Shown piece by piece: positions 1-11,999 of a stretch of DNA of 64,000 bases. A program made the translations under genes and the position numbers. Each line of letters begins with the position of its first letter. The stretch's first letter is position 1. A model generated the notes under the pieces. That model was not told where the DNA came from, did not search any database, and saw nothing but the letters and a program-made list of their open reading frames with translations. This DNA comes from an uncultured Gemmatimonadaceae bacterium (GTDB lineage Bacteria; Gemmatimonadota; Gemmatimonadetes; Gemmatimonadales; Gemmatimonadaceae), in contig CAWHHI010000011.1 of assembly GCA_963829055.1 (NCBI GenBank), positions 448,001 to 512,000 of the forward strand. Reading direction: 5' to 3'.

Positions 1-926
1 GTCGCGCGGCGTCGTCCGCGCGGCGATGGCTGGCGGCGTGACCGTGATCAGCGCGAAGCCTTCCTCGCCACTCGGCGCGTACGGCAGCATCGCGACAGAG
101 GCAGACGACGTTCGGCGAAGTGGCAGCAGGACGGTGACCTGCGGCGCGTCGCCGACGGCGGTCACCTCGCGACGCGAGCCGCGATCGGTGACGCGCAACT
201 CGTGCGTCGGCGAGTACGGGCGACCGTACTCCTCGCGGTCCGTGTAGACGAGCGTGAACAGGTTGCCCGACTCGTCCTCGCCGCGCTGCTGCTGGCTGGC
301 GTTAGGCATCACGTCGGAGCGCATACGATCGATCCCGCGGCATTGGCACGGGCAGCGGCATGGGATGCGGGAACGGGATGCGGCATGGGCTGCGCTCGTG
401 GCCCGGACCCACGCAGGTAGTCGACGCGGACGCGCGCTGCCTTCGCGCTCGGCGACGGACTGGAAGCGAACGATGACGCGCTTCTCCTCGCCGGGTCGGA
501 TGGGGAAGATGCGTGTGCGCAGCAGGCCACGGCCCATGTACTCGACGAGCGCGGGGTCCTTGCTCCGCCTAACGATATCCTCGTAGACGCGACGTGCCTG
601 ATCGGCCGCCATGGTCTCGCCGGAGACCATCTCGCCATCGATCTCGAGCTCGAGGGCCTCGAACGCGGCGCCGGCGGGCATGGGGAAGATGTAGTCCGCT
701 TCGCCGATGAGCGGACCACGATTCCGGAAGGTCTCCGTGATCTGATAGCGGAGTACCCGATCCGCGAGATCGACGCGGACTTGACTGGACGTCCGCTGGA
801 TGGCGCCCGCGGTTGGCGGAACGCAGCTCCGGTTCTCGGCGCACGGGCGTGGAATGATCGTTCCCTGCCCCTGGAGGGCGATGGGCGCGGATAAGACGCT
901 ATGGCGAGCAGTGATCGGACACGCAT
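1..926 (-). CDS. VIT (vault/inter-alpha-trypsin) domain protein, probably VIT-vWA; 3' end runs off the window; frameshifted
   Basis: Manual minus-strand translation gives signal-like MRVRSLLAIA, then ITETFRNRGPLIGEADYIFPMPAGAAFEALELEIDGEMVSGE..ARRVYEDIVRRSKDPALVEYMGRGLLRTRIFPI (VIT-like), later GEEGFALITVTPP..PRD leading into a likely vWA domain. Confidence 0.75.
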
Positions 927-991
927 GACAGGGCCTGGGAAGAGGTTCTGTCATGGAGACGTCCGATCTTCGCGGACTTGCACACGTACAG

Positions 992-1257
992 ATCATCCCG
1001 CCGGGGTCGGTGGGAACTACGATTGGGCGGATGACACGGAAAACGGCCGGATCACGGCTTTGCATCGACGCTGGCTCGCTCGCCGGACCCTGAACATAAT
1101 GGGAACGGCCGCTCGGGAGACTCCTGCGTCCCGAGCGGCCGTTCCCAATAGGATTCCGGCCCGTGGCGTGAGGAGCCGTCGATGACGCGATTCGTATCCG
1201 GCTCACTTCCGCGTCATCCGCGAAATCGCCGTTCCCACCGGCCGCGCTGGGTCATGC
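992..1257. repeat. ~260-bp nested palindromic intergenic element, copy 1
   Basis: Outer imperfect inverted repeats (GGTCGGTGGGAAC.. / ..GTTCCCACCGGCC) and central 19-bp stem TGGGAACGGCCGCTCGGGA / TCCCGAGCGGCCGTTCCCA at 1100-1147; homologous inverted copy at 46658-46918. Confidence 0.85.
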
Positions 1258-1316
1258 GATCGAGCCGGCCCGCAGTCCGCGATGTGCCACTGACGCGCGA
1301 TCGATCCGAGATCGGG

Positions 1317-2259
1317 CTACGGGTGCTTCTCCATGCTCGCGGGCGTGTTTCTCCGCTCCATCTCCTCCGGGAGGCGCGGCCACTCGCCTGCCCTCGCCAC
1401 CACGCGCACGGAGATGAGCTCCTGATCCGCGCGATCTACGGTCCTCTCGAAGCGTTCCCCAGAGTTGCGCACCGCCCATCCCAACGAGAACGCCACCGGT
1501 GATCCGCGAGCCGCGGCTCGCTGTAATCGGATCGCGATCTGCTCCGTCCGTGCCGCGTTCTCGCCGGTGAGCACGATGAGGAACTCATCGCCCCCCAATC
1601 GGATCACCGGCTCCTCGGCGCGCACCTGACGCATGAGGAAGCGACTCATCTGCACGAGCACCTTGTCGCCTTTCTTGTGACCGTGCAGGTCGTTGTACGC
1701 CTTGAAGTGATCGATGTCGATGTAGATGCAGCCCCACTGCGACACCCGATCTTCCGCCAGACCGTCGCCCAGGGCGAGCAGGTACCGACGGTTGTAGCAG
1801 CCCGTAAGGGCGTCGCGGATGCTCTGCTCGCGAAGCTGGATCTCCAGCTCCTTGCGACGCGTGATGTCGATGAGGATGCCGTGGTAGTACGTCTCGCCCG
1901 TGTCGGGATCGCGGCAGACATACGTCGTATCGAGCACCGTGCGACGCTGGCCGTCGGGGCGCACGATCGCGAGCTCGAAGTCGCGCACCGCGCCGTCGCG
2001 CTCGAGCAGCGCCATCTCCAGCGACCGTCGACTCGGATCGGCGATGAGATCGCCGGCTCGGAGGCGCGAGAGCTCGCTGATCGACGGACACCCCGAACAT
2101 CCGGAGGAACGCCGGATTGGCATCGAGAATGTCGCCTTCAGCGTTCGTGATGTAGATGCCCTCCTCCAGATTCTGGACGATCAGGAGGAGGGTTTCGGGG
2201 TCGTCGAGACTTCGGAAGCGCCGTCCTTCAGTCACCGGATCGCGCTCGGACTCGCTCAC
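1317..2259 (-). CDS. PAS-domain diguanylate cyclase (GGDEF); one frameshift near 2080
   Basis: PAS-like LEEGIYITNAEGDILDANPAF; DALTGCYNRR, DIDHFKAYNDLHGHKKGD, RLGGDEF. Confidence 0.9.
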
Positions 2260-3461
2260 GCCGCGGCCCGCGACAGGTCAGCGACGGCGAGTCGAGGTTC
2301 CCATTTCGCCATCATCGCGATGAACGCCCTGCTGACATCGGGATCGAACTCGGTGCCGGTGCCGCGCTCGATGTACGTGAGCGTCGCCGCCGGCTCCCAG
2401 GCATCGCGATACGGACGCTTCGTCCGCAGCGCGTCGTACACATCGCACACGTGCACGAGCGCACTGGCTCTGTGGCAGTCACAGCGATAGTGCCGATCGG
2501 GATAGCCGCCACCATTGATCATGATGTGGTGCTCGAAAGCCACGAGCGCCGCCACGTCGAGGTTCTGATCGCTCTGCAGAATCAACCGCGCACCTTCGAC
2601 CGTGTGCGACCGCATGAGCGCCCATTCCTCGGGCGTGAGCTTGCCGGGCTTGGTCAGGATGTCTTTCGGAACGCGCACTTTGCCGAGGTCGTGCAACATA
2701 CCTGCAACCCCGTACGAGCGCACCTCCCTTGGCGACAGCCCCATGAACTCCGCCAGCCCCATCGACAACACCGACACGTTGAGTGCGTGCGTCGTCGTGT
2801 ACTGATCGAACTCCTTCAGCGTGAGCAGCGGCAGGAGCATCGCGCTATCGCCGTGCATCGCCACGGACAGCGAGCGCACGATCGACTCCGCCTCGAGCAG
2901 CGGAATGTTCCTGTCGCCGCTGACCTCGTCGTGAACCCATTGAAGGGCATCGACCTCGACGTTGAGGTCCATCATCGATGCCTCATCGACCGCCGCGACT
3001 TCGGTGACCCGCTGCTCGTTCGAGCCACGCACCCCGATCGCGCCGAAGCGTATCGTCGCCGCAGCGCCCGAGCGGGGGAGCGGCGTGGAGGCGGTAGCAT
3101 TCGCGAGCGCGATCGTCGAGAACGCGGACACCCGCGCCAGCACGTCCTCGAGGAATGCGACGTACGCATCGCGCTCCACGATGTCGGCGAATTCGAGACG
3201 CTGCACGCCGACGTTCGCGAGACGCAGGGCCCACTCCCAATCGGTGAGTGTGCGAATGGCCTGCTGGCCATACACCACGTCGCTGCCGAGGAAGGAGAAG
3301 CTCGGTCGCGGGTCCGCGTCCTGAAGGTCGCGAAGCGTGTCGAACGACGCGACCGCCGCGCGCGCGCGCGCCGGGTGTCCCTCGGCGTAGAGCGACATTG
3401 TCGCCAACGCCTGCGCCATGGACGTGAGGAAGCGAACGGCGAGCGTGGTGCGATCGGTCAT
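2256..3461 (-). CDS. HD-GYP domain phosphodiesterase
   Basis: YTTTHALNV, LHDLGK, KPGKLT, EHH..GGGYP, DVYDAL..RPYR; start MTDRTT overlaps upstream stop (ATGA). Confidence 0.9.
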   Translation of the reverse strand: MTDRTTLAVRFLTSMAQALATMSLYAEGHPARARAAVASFDTLRDLQDADPRPSFSFLGSDVVYGQQAIRTLTDWEWALRLANVGVQRLEFADIVERDAYVAFLEDVLARVSAFSTIALANATASTPLPRSGAAATIRFGAIGVRGSNEQRVTEVAAVDEASMMDLNVEVDALQWVHDEVSGDRNIPLLEAESIVRSLSVAMHGDSAMLLPLLTLKEFDQYTTTHALNVSVLSMGLAEFMGLSPREVRSYGVAGMLHDLGKVRVPKDILTKPGKLTPEEWALMRSHTVEGARLILQSDQNLDVAALVAFEHHIMINGGGYPDRHYRCDCHRASALVHVCDVYDALRTKRPYRDAWEPAATLTYIERGTGTEFDPDVSRAFIAMMAKWEPRLAVADLSRAAA

Positions 3462-5527
3462 GCGGCTCCGGTACGAGCGGCGGCGGTGCGGAGGTCGGCG
3501 TCCTTGGATTTCGCGACCAGCGCGAGCACCTCGGCGGCTTCCGGGGCGGAGCTCCAATGGGCGGCCAGGCCAGCGATGGAGGAAATGAGCTGCGGCGACT
3601 TCTCTCGAAGCACGGGCGTACGCAGCAGCCAGTGCTTCTTCACCGTGCGTTGCGCGATCCAGCGCATGGCGTCGAGCGATCCCGAAGCGGCGAGCGCGCG
3701 GATGCCGCGGGCTCGCAGCTCGCCACTCAGCGTGGAGGCGTCGATTCGACGCATGAGGATCGGAACGGCGAGCGCCGGGCATCCCTTGAGCGCCGCGGCG
3801 AGCGCGATGCCGAGCGTGCGTTCGTCGGAGTCGTCGAGCCCGATGACGATAGCGGCGTCACGCGTTGCATCGCGGCGAAGCATCAGCTTCACCGCTTCGC
3901 GGCGGACGCCGGCATCCGCGCTCGTGGCGTACGGCTCGGGCGTGAACTCGCCGGGCCATTCGCCGAGTCGGTCGATGACGTGCAGCATTTGCCGTTGCGC
4001 ATGCACCGGCGCGTCTGCCAACCGATCGACGATCCGCTGTCCCGAGACGTCGGCGAGTCGCACGAGCATGTCCGACGCCCAGCCGTGCAGACGTTCCTCC
4101 TCGTCCTCGAGGAGATCGATGATCGGATCGACGGCAACCTCCCGCAGTCGCAGCGCGAGACGCTCGGCCAGGCGCGCGTTAGGCGGCTCGCTGTGCAGGA
4201 GCGTCGATGAGACGGTCCGGCGTGACGACGCGCGACAGCAGCATATCGCGCGTCTCGCCCTCCGGCGCGTCCTCGAGCAGATCGAGCAATGGCGTGACAT
4301 CAGGACGCGCGAGCAGCTCGCCGAAGATCCGTTCGGTGTTTGGTCCGATGGTCGAGACCTCCAGCGCCAGCTGCAACATCCGTTCGGGATCGGCGCCGCC
4401 GCCTGCATCCACGTCGTGCGTCGCGGTGTGCCGGGCGATGGAGTCGAGCGCGGTGGTGTAGTCGTCGGGGTTCGGATCGGCGAGATCCCAGCTCGAGATC
4501 AGACGCCGCACCTGATCGCGCAACTCGGAGTCCGATCGCATCTGCACCGTGCTACCGGGGGTACGCTCGGCGTGCGCGGCAAGCTTCGAGAGCATGCGCG
4601 CCGAGCGAGCTCGAGATCGTCTGGCCCGACACATCGGCCGCGGCGCGCACGACGTCGACCACCGCGTCGACCGTGAGTCCATGGCTCGCGTTCATGCGCG
4701 AACTGCATGCGCTGCGCGGAATCACCGCCCATCGCGAGCAGGCGCTTGAGCGTGCGCGGCTCCATCTGGCGCACGAGCTTCGAGACGCGGTCGCGCAGCG
4801 GGGCCGCCGCGCGCTGCTCGTCGGTGTTGAGCTCGTCGGCGATCTGCAGCATGTAGCCGACGACGACCTGATCGTACGCCGAGTCGCCCTGGTGCGCGTC
4901 GATGGCGCGGGCAACCGCTGTCGGATCCGTGGACGTCAGCTCCGACGTCGCCTCGCGAGCGAGGGCCGCGCGCGCGAGTCCGATCCAGAGTTGAGCGGCA
5001 CGCGTGCGCGCCTCGCGAGCGTCCTCTCCTTCGACGGCAGCATCGTCGAGACCGTCACTGATCAGCTCGAGCTGATCGAATGTCAGCGCGAACAGACGTG
5101 CGTTGCGCCACCGCTGGAGGACCTCGGGTCCCATGAGTCCGAGCGGTCGCTCGACCCGCCCACCATCGATCGCGATCGTCGCGAGCACCTCGGCCAGCTC
5201 TTCCTTGTCGAGACCGCGGCTCAGACGCAGCGCGCCGATCTGGTGGCGATGGAGGCGCGCGGCGAAGTCACGGAGGATGGGATGATCTTCGTCGGTGGCA
5301 ATGCCTTCGATGATCAGTTGGCGGCGTGCGACGCCTATCGAGAGCGTCGGCGTCTGCTCGAGAAACGCGGCAAGCCGGCGCGCCAGACTATCGACGGCCG
5401 CGACGAGGAGCGGGTGGGTGCCGGGATAGATGGCGTTCTTGTGCACGGCCACCGCCAACTCGATGAGCAAGTCGGCGTGGTCCTGGGGCAGCGCGGCGTC
5501 GGCGGAGCCAGTGACGATCGAGCTCAT
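3458..5527 (-). CDS. HEAT-repeat helical protein; frameshifted across three ORFs
   Basis: N-terminal AVHKNAIYPGTHPLL; C-terminal HEAT-like ADAGVRREAVKLM and DADLRTAAAR; translationally coupled to the HD-GYP gene. Confidence 0.7.
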
Positions 5528-5711
5528 TGCATGGTGCACCCGCTGCAGGCGGGAGCCGAGTTCTGGCGCGAGAAGTGCTTCCCCAGGAGAGAGATCGCTG
5601 CCAAAAAGACGAGCCGGCGGGACTGAGGTTACGGGTCTTTACCGGGCAAAGCGACGATCGACGTTGAATTGGGATCGCAAACGACGTGAGCGCGCGGCGC
5701 GCGGAGGGAGC

Positions 5712-6173
5712 ATGGCGGATCGGGAGAGTACTGGTGGCGCAGGTGGCACGGACCGCTCGCGACAGCAAGGGAGTGGCCGAGCGGACGAGGGCTTCGGCGA
5801 CGACGCGGGAACGCGTGTAGGGCGCCCGGATTCCGCGGGGACACGTGCTGAGCCAAGCACGGGTACTGGAGTGCCGGTCGGCGAGGAAGGCTCGATTCTC
5901 GAGGGCGAGGAGAGCCGTCGCGGGATGACGGCGAGCGACCGCGCCGGCACGGGTGCCGGGGCAGAGGGCGCCGAGGGCATTCACGGGGCCAAAGGACGTG
6001 ACCCCAAGGAGAAATCCAGCGTCGAGCACGTCGAGCACGCCCACGGCGAGCCCGGACGCGGCGAAGGAGCAGGGCTCTCGGGATCTGAGCCACTCCGGCA
6101 TCGTGAGACTGAGCACCAAAGCGGCTATGGTGGCAAAGGTGCTGAGCCGAAGACCAGCTCGGATGATCGATAA
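5712..6173 (+). CDS. Gly/charged-rich hydrophilic protein (hydrophilin-like)
   Basis: GGAGGG RBS before ATG 5712; 153 aa with almost no hydrophobic residues. Confidence 0.65.
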   Translation: MADRESTGGAGGTDRSRQQGSGRADEGFGDDAGTRVGRPDSAGTRAEPSTGTGVPVGEEGSILEGEESRRGMTASDRAGTGAGAEGAEGIHGAKGRDPKEKSSVEHVEHAHGEPGRGEGAGLSGSEPLRHRETEHQSGYGGKGAEPKTSSDDR

Positions 6174-6179
6174 CCGCTA

Positions 6180-6221
6180 GCTGGTTGCTGGGTGGTCGTG
6201 CTGGTGGCTGGGTGACGCTGG
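6180..6221. repeat. GCTGG-rich 42-bp repeat (family C)
   Basis: GCTGGTTGCTGGGTGGTCGTGCTGGTGGCTGGGTGACGCTGG matches the reverse complement of 42482-42523 at 41/42; partial copy at ~6786-6814. Confidence 0.8.
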
Positions 6222-6257
6222 GTGACCAGCCACCGGCGGGCCAGGTAGCTTCTGCCG

Positions 6258-8370
6258 ATGCTTTCTGCCTCGCATCGGGAAGTGCTCGAGGCGGTCGCGC
6301 GGCGGGTCGTGCCGCACGCCTACGACGACGGCGCTCAGACGGCGGATCTCGTCGCGCGCATTGAGGCGCATCTCGCGCTGGCGCCCACCTGAACGCGTGC
6401 GCGACCTCGAGCTTGCGCTCACCGTGCTCGGTAGTCGAGCCGCGGCGCTGCTGCTCTCGGGGATGACGGCGCCCTTCCCTCGCCTGTCGGCCGAACGGCA
6501 GGACCGATGCTCGCGCGGTGGTCGACGTCTCGCGTGGGCGTCGCGCGCAGCGTGTATCAGGGTGTGCGGCGACTCGTGCTCGCGGTGTACTACTCGCAGC
6601 CCGAGTCGTTCGCGGACATTGGCTACCTCGGCCCGCTGCACGAGCGCGCGCTGGCGTTCGCGTGGGAGGGCCCGGCGCCAGCCGCACGCGCGCGCCTAAC
6701 GCCGACGAGCCGGTCGCGCGCGGCGCGAGCGGAAGCGCGCGAGTCACTCGTCGCCGCAGCCGCGCCGCCGGAATCGCGAGTGCCGGTCACTCAGCGTCAC
6801 CCAGCCACCAGCACCGCTCGCTTGACGGCGGACGTCGATCGTCATCGGCAGCGGCGCCGGTGGCGCTGTCGCGGCAGCACGGCTGGCCGAGGCGGGGCGC
6901 GATGTGCTGCTGCTCGAGGAAGGCAACCTCGTCGCCCCCGCCGAGTTGAACGAGCGCGAAGGCGACATGACCGCGCGCCTCTACGCGGAGCGCGGCATGC
7001 GGGCGACTGACGATCTCTCGGTGGTGCTGTTCCAGGGCGCGGCGGTCGGCGGCGGCACGCTCGTGAACTGGATGATCACGTTTCGCGCGCCCGACTTCGT
7101 GCTCGACGAGTGGTCGCGATCGCTTCGGCATTGGTCGGCTTCTCGCCGGCGGACATGGCGTCAACGTTCGAGCGCGTCGAGCGAGAGATTCACGCGACGC
7201 CCTGTCCCCGACGACGCGCACTCGCCCGCGAACCGCATTCTCCTCGACGGCGCCCGCCGGCTCGGCTGGCGCGCGACGACCGGATCGCATCAACGCACGC
7301 GGCTGCATTCGCGCCGGCTTCTGTGGACAGGGCTGTCGCTACGGCGCGAAGCAGAGCGTCGATCGCGTATACGTGCCGCCGGCGCATCGCGCGCGGCGCG
7401 CGGCTGCTCCCCGACGTGCGCGTCGAACGCATCGACGTCGTCGAGCGGGATGGCGCGTCGTCGACGGCCGCACGTGGCGCGCGACGCACGACGGCGCCGC
7501 TCAAGCGCGTGCACGCGACGGTCGTCGACCGCCTAACGCGCAAGCCCGTGGGCACGCTCGTCGCCGAAGCGCCCGTGGTGGTGCTCGCGGCCGGCGCCGT
7601 GGGAACGCCGGTCATCCTGCAACGGTCGGGGCTCGGCGGCGGCGGCGTGGGCCAGTATCTGCGACTCCACCCGACCACGGCGATCGTCGGAGAGCACAGC
7701 GACGACGTCTACGCTGCCGCGGGCATACCGCAGTCCGCCGTGTGCGACGAGTTCATCCGCCGCGACGACCACGGCTACGGCTTCTGGATCGAGTGTGCGC
7801 CGATCCATCCGGCGCTGGCCTCACTCGCAGTCAGCGGCATCGGGACCGAGCATCGCGACCTGATGCGGCGTTTTCGTCGCACGACGAATCTCATCGTGCT
7901 CGTGCGCGACGGCTCTGACCTCGACGCCTCGAACGGCTCCGTCACCGTCTCGCGCCGTGGGCGCCCGCGCATCGCCTATCGCGTGGGGCCGCGCGACCGC
8001 GCGAACCTCGTCGCGGGCGTGCAGGCCTCGGCGAAGATCCTGCTGGCGGCGGGCGTCACGCGGCGTTCGGACGCTGCACACGCTCGGGGGCGAGGTGCGT
8101 GACGACCGCGACGTCGCCGCGCTCAGCGACCGCGCGTGGGGCCCGCACGATCTCACGCTGTTCTCCGCCCACGTGAACGGCACCTGCCGGTTGGGAAGCG
8201 ACCCTCGCACATCGGGCGTCGACGCGACGGGCCAGCGTCACGGCGTGCGCGGACTCTACGTCGCCGACGGCTCGCTCCTCCCTACCGGGCTCGGGGTGAA
8301 TCCGCAGGCGACGATCATGGCGCTCTCCACGATGATCACGGAGCGGATGGTGGCGAGCGATGCTGTGTGA
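6258..8370 (+). CDS. GMC family oxidoreductase (long-chain alcohol oxidase-like); several frameshifts
   Basis: VVIGSGAGGAV FAD-binding motif near 6840, GAAVGGGTLVNW, VVLAAGAVGTPVILQRSG, SAHVNGTCRLG, GLYVADGSLLPTGLGVNPQATI. Confidence 0.85.
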
Positions 8371-8463
8371 GTCGAGGGTCACGCGGCCGAGGCGATAGTC
8401 CCCACTCGCAACCGCCGTGGCTAGATTGCGCGAATAACTCGCCCTTCACCGCCGGAGTACACC

Positions 8464-10507
8464 GTGTCCGAAACTGCCTCTTCCGCCGCCGTCGCGTCGT
8501 CGGCGTCGTCGCTCGATGAGTTGTGCATCAACACCATCCGCACGCTCGCCATGGACGCGGTGCAGAAGGCGGACTCGGGGCATCCGGGGACGCCCATGGC
8601 GCTGGCGCCGCTGGCCTACGTGCTGTTCACGCGGCACATGCATCACAACCCGGCCGATCCCGCGTGGCCGAACCGCGATCGGTTCGTGCTGTCGTGCGGT
8701 CACGCGTCGATGTTGCTGTACAGCGCGCTCTACCTGAGCGGCTACGACCTCTCGCTCGAGGATCTCAAGCAGTTTCGGCAGTGGCAGAGCCGGACGCCCG
8801 GCCACCCCGAATACGGCCACACACCCGGCGTCGAGACGACGACCGGCCCGCTCGGCCAGGGCGTCGCGAACGCCGTCGGATTCGCGATGGCGGAAATGCA
8901 CCTCGCGGCGACGTTCAACCGTGAAGGGCACAAGATCGTCGATCACCACACGTACTTCATCTGCAGCGACGGCGATCTCATGGAGGGCATCTCCCATGAG
9001 GCGTCGTCGTTCGGCGGCCACAACAAGTTCGGGAAGCTGATCGGCTTCTACGACGACAACCACATCACGATCGACGGCTCCGACGGACCTCTCGTACACC
9101 GATGATGCCGGCATGCGGTTCGAGGCGTACGGGTGGCACGTGCTGCACGTCGCGGACATCAACGACCTCGACGCGCTCGACGCCGCGATCGAGGCGGCGA
9201 AGGCCGAGACGGGCAGGCCGACCATGATCGTGTGCCGCACGCACATCGGCTTCGGCAGCCCGCACAAGCAGGACACGGCGAAGGCGCACGGTGAGGCGTT
9301 AGGCGAGGAAGAGATCAAGCTCACGAAGCGCAATCTCGGCTGGCCGAGCGAGGAGTCGTTCTACGTCCCCGAGGAGGCGCTGGCGCACTGGCGGAAGGTT
9401 CGCGAGCGTGGCGCCGCGCTGCACGAGGGATGGCGCCGCCAGCTCATCGCTTACTCGAAGGCGCATCCCGACCTCGCGAAGGAGTTCGGCCGTCGCATGC
9501 AGGGCGATCTGCCGACGGGGTGGGAGAGCGCGATTCCGACGTTCACGAAGGAGAACGGCAACGTCGCGTCGCGTGCGGCATCGGGCGTGGTACTGGGCGC
9601 GCTCGTCGAGAAGGTGCCCGAGCTGCTCGGCGGGTCGGCGGACCTGACGCCGTCGAACAACACGCAGCCAAAGTCGTTCAAGTCGTTCTCGCCCGAGACG
9701 CCGGCCGAGCGCTACGTGCACTACGGCATTCGCGAGCACGGCATGGCGGGCATCATGAACGGGCTCGCACTGCATGGCGGCATCATCCCGTACGCCGGCA
9801 CGTTCCTGATTTTCTCGGACTACATGCGTCCGTCGCAGCGACTCGCGTCGCTGATGCATCAGCGTGTGATCTACGTGTTCACGCACGATTCGATCGGACT
9901 CGGCGAGGATGGCCCGACGCACCAGCCGATCGAGCAACTGACGGCACTCCGCGCGATTCCGGGATTCACGATGATCCGTCCGGCCGATGCGAACGAGACG
10001 GCGGAGGCGTGGCGCGTGGCGATCAAGCACAAGACCGGCCCGGTAGCGCTGGCCCTGACGCGGCAGAAGCTCGGATACATCGACCGCGAGAAGTACGGTG
10101 CGGCGTCCGGACTGGCGAAGGGCGCGTACGTGCTGGCGGACGCGCCTAACGGCAAGCCTGACGTCGTGCTGATGTCCAGTGGGTCGGAGGTCGCGCTCGT
10201 GCTCGAGGCGCAGACGAAGCTCGCCGCGGCAGGGGTGCAGGCCCGCGCGGTCAGCATGCCGAGTCACGAGCTGTTCGCGCAGCAGCCGCTGGAGTATCAG
10301 CGAGAAGTACTGCCAGTGGGATCGAAGCGCATCGCGATCGAGGCGGCGCATCCGATGTCGTGGTATCGCTGGGTTGGAAGCGAAGGCATCGTGATGGGCA
10401 TCGATCATTTCGGGGCATCGGCTCCGTTTGCGGAGATCTATACCGGGCTCGGACTTACAGTAGACAAGCTTGTCGAGGCAGCCCGAGGACTCGTAGCGGC
10501 CAAGTAG
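8464..10507 (+). CDS. tkt: transketolase; one frameshift near 9080
   Basis: [55 protein letters not shown]. Confidence 0.97.
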
Positions 10508-10631
10508 TCAGGGCTGCACGCTGGACATTTGCCGACGGCTGCATGCTGCGGCTGCTCGCTGCCCGCTGCTGCTATGAGCGCCCAGCACCCTACATGCTGC
10601 GCGCTGCGCGCAGCTGCTGAAGCGGAATGGT

Positions 10632-11919
10632 GTGGGCGATAGCGGCGCGGCGAGTAACGTCTCCACCTCCTCGTCACCAATGAATCAGGTCGCCGAGTCG
10701 TACGTGAAGCTCGTGCTCGCGGTCGGCAAGCACGACGCCGACTACGTCGACGCCTACTACGGGCCGCCTGAATGGAAGGCAGAGGCGGATTCGGCGACCA
10801 TTCCCCTCGGCGACATCGAGCAGCGCGCTGCGGCGCTGATCGCGCAGCTCGGGGCCGATACAGGTAGCACCTCTGGTGCAGGCGCTGATACGGCGGACAT
10901 GGCTCGGCTTCGCCACGCGTACCTGCGCAAGCAGCTCGAGGCGATGGTCGCGCGGGTGAAGATGCTCCAGGGCACGAAGCTGTCCTTCGACGACGAGGCT
11001 CGCGCGCTGTACGACGCTCACGCCGCCGAAGAACACGGAGGAGCATTTCCAGGAAGTCATCGCGCGCCTCGATAAGATGCTCCCCGGCAGCGGCCCGGTG
11101 CCGGCGCGTTATGTGGCCTATCGCAGTCAGTTCGTCATTCCACCGGCCAAGGTCGACACCGTCTTCAAGACGGCGATCGCCGCCTGCAAGGAGCGCACAG
11201 CGCGGCACATCACGCTACCAGCGGGCGAGAGCTTCGTGGTCGAATACGTGAAGGACAAACCGTGGAGTGGTTACAACTGGTACAAGGGCAACTACCACAG
11301 CGTCATCCAGGTCAACACGAGCCTGCCGATCTACATCGACCGTGCTGTGGATCTCGCGTGTCACGAGGGATACCCCGGGCATCACGTCTACAACGCGCTC
11401 CTCGAGAAGAGTCTCGTGCGCGATCGCGGATGGCAGGAGTTCTCGGTGTATCCGCTGTTCAGCCCGCAGTCGCTGATCGCCGAGGGGAGCGCGAACTACG
11501 GGATCGAGATCGCGTTTCCGGGCGCCGAGCGCGCGGCGTTCGAGAGCATGTGCACTCTTTCCGCTCGCGGGCCTGCCGGCGGCGAAGGCTGAGGAGTACT
11601 ACCGCATCCAGAATCTCGTGCACGAGCTGTCGTACGCCGGCAACGAGGCCGCGCGACGGTACCTCGAATGGCGAGATCGGCGGCGCGGCCGCGGCGGACT
11701 GGCTCGAGCGCTATGCACTCATGTCGTCGGCGGCCGCGCGCGCAGCGCGTGAAGTTCTTCGACACGTACCGCAGCTACGTGATCAACTACAACCTCGGCC
11801 AGGACCTCGTGCGGCAGTACGTCGAACGCTCGGCCGGGCCTAACGCGACAGCCGACGATCGATGGCGCGTGTTCGGCGCGCTGCTCGCGTCGCCGAGGCT
11901 GCCCTCGGGGCTGCAGTAG
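10632..11919 (+). CDS. probable exported Zn-metallopeptidase-like protein (DUF885-like HEGYPGHH); frameshifted, start uncertain
   Basis: YVDAYYGP, WSGYNWYKG, ACHEGYPGHH, LIAEGSAN, YRSYVINYNLG across consecutive ORFs. Confidence 0.65.
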
Positions 11920-11999
11920 GCGACCGGACGGTTCGTCGCACTCTCGCTGTGGTGGTTGTCCGACCCGCTGCCTAACGACTCACCTTTCGTCCGGAACAC

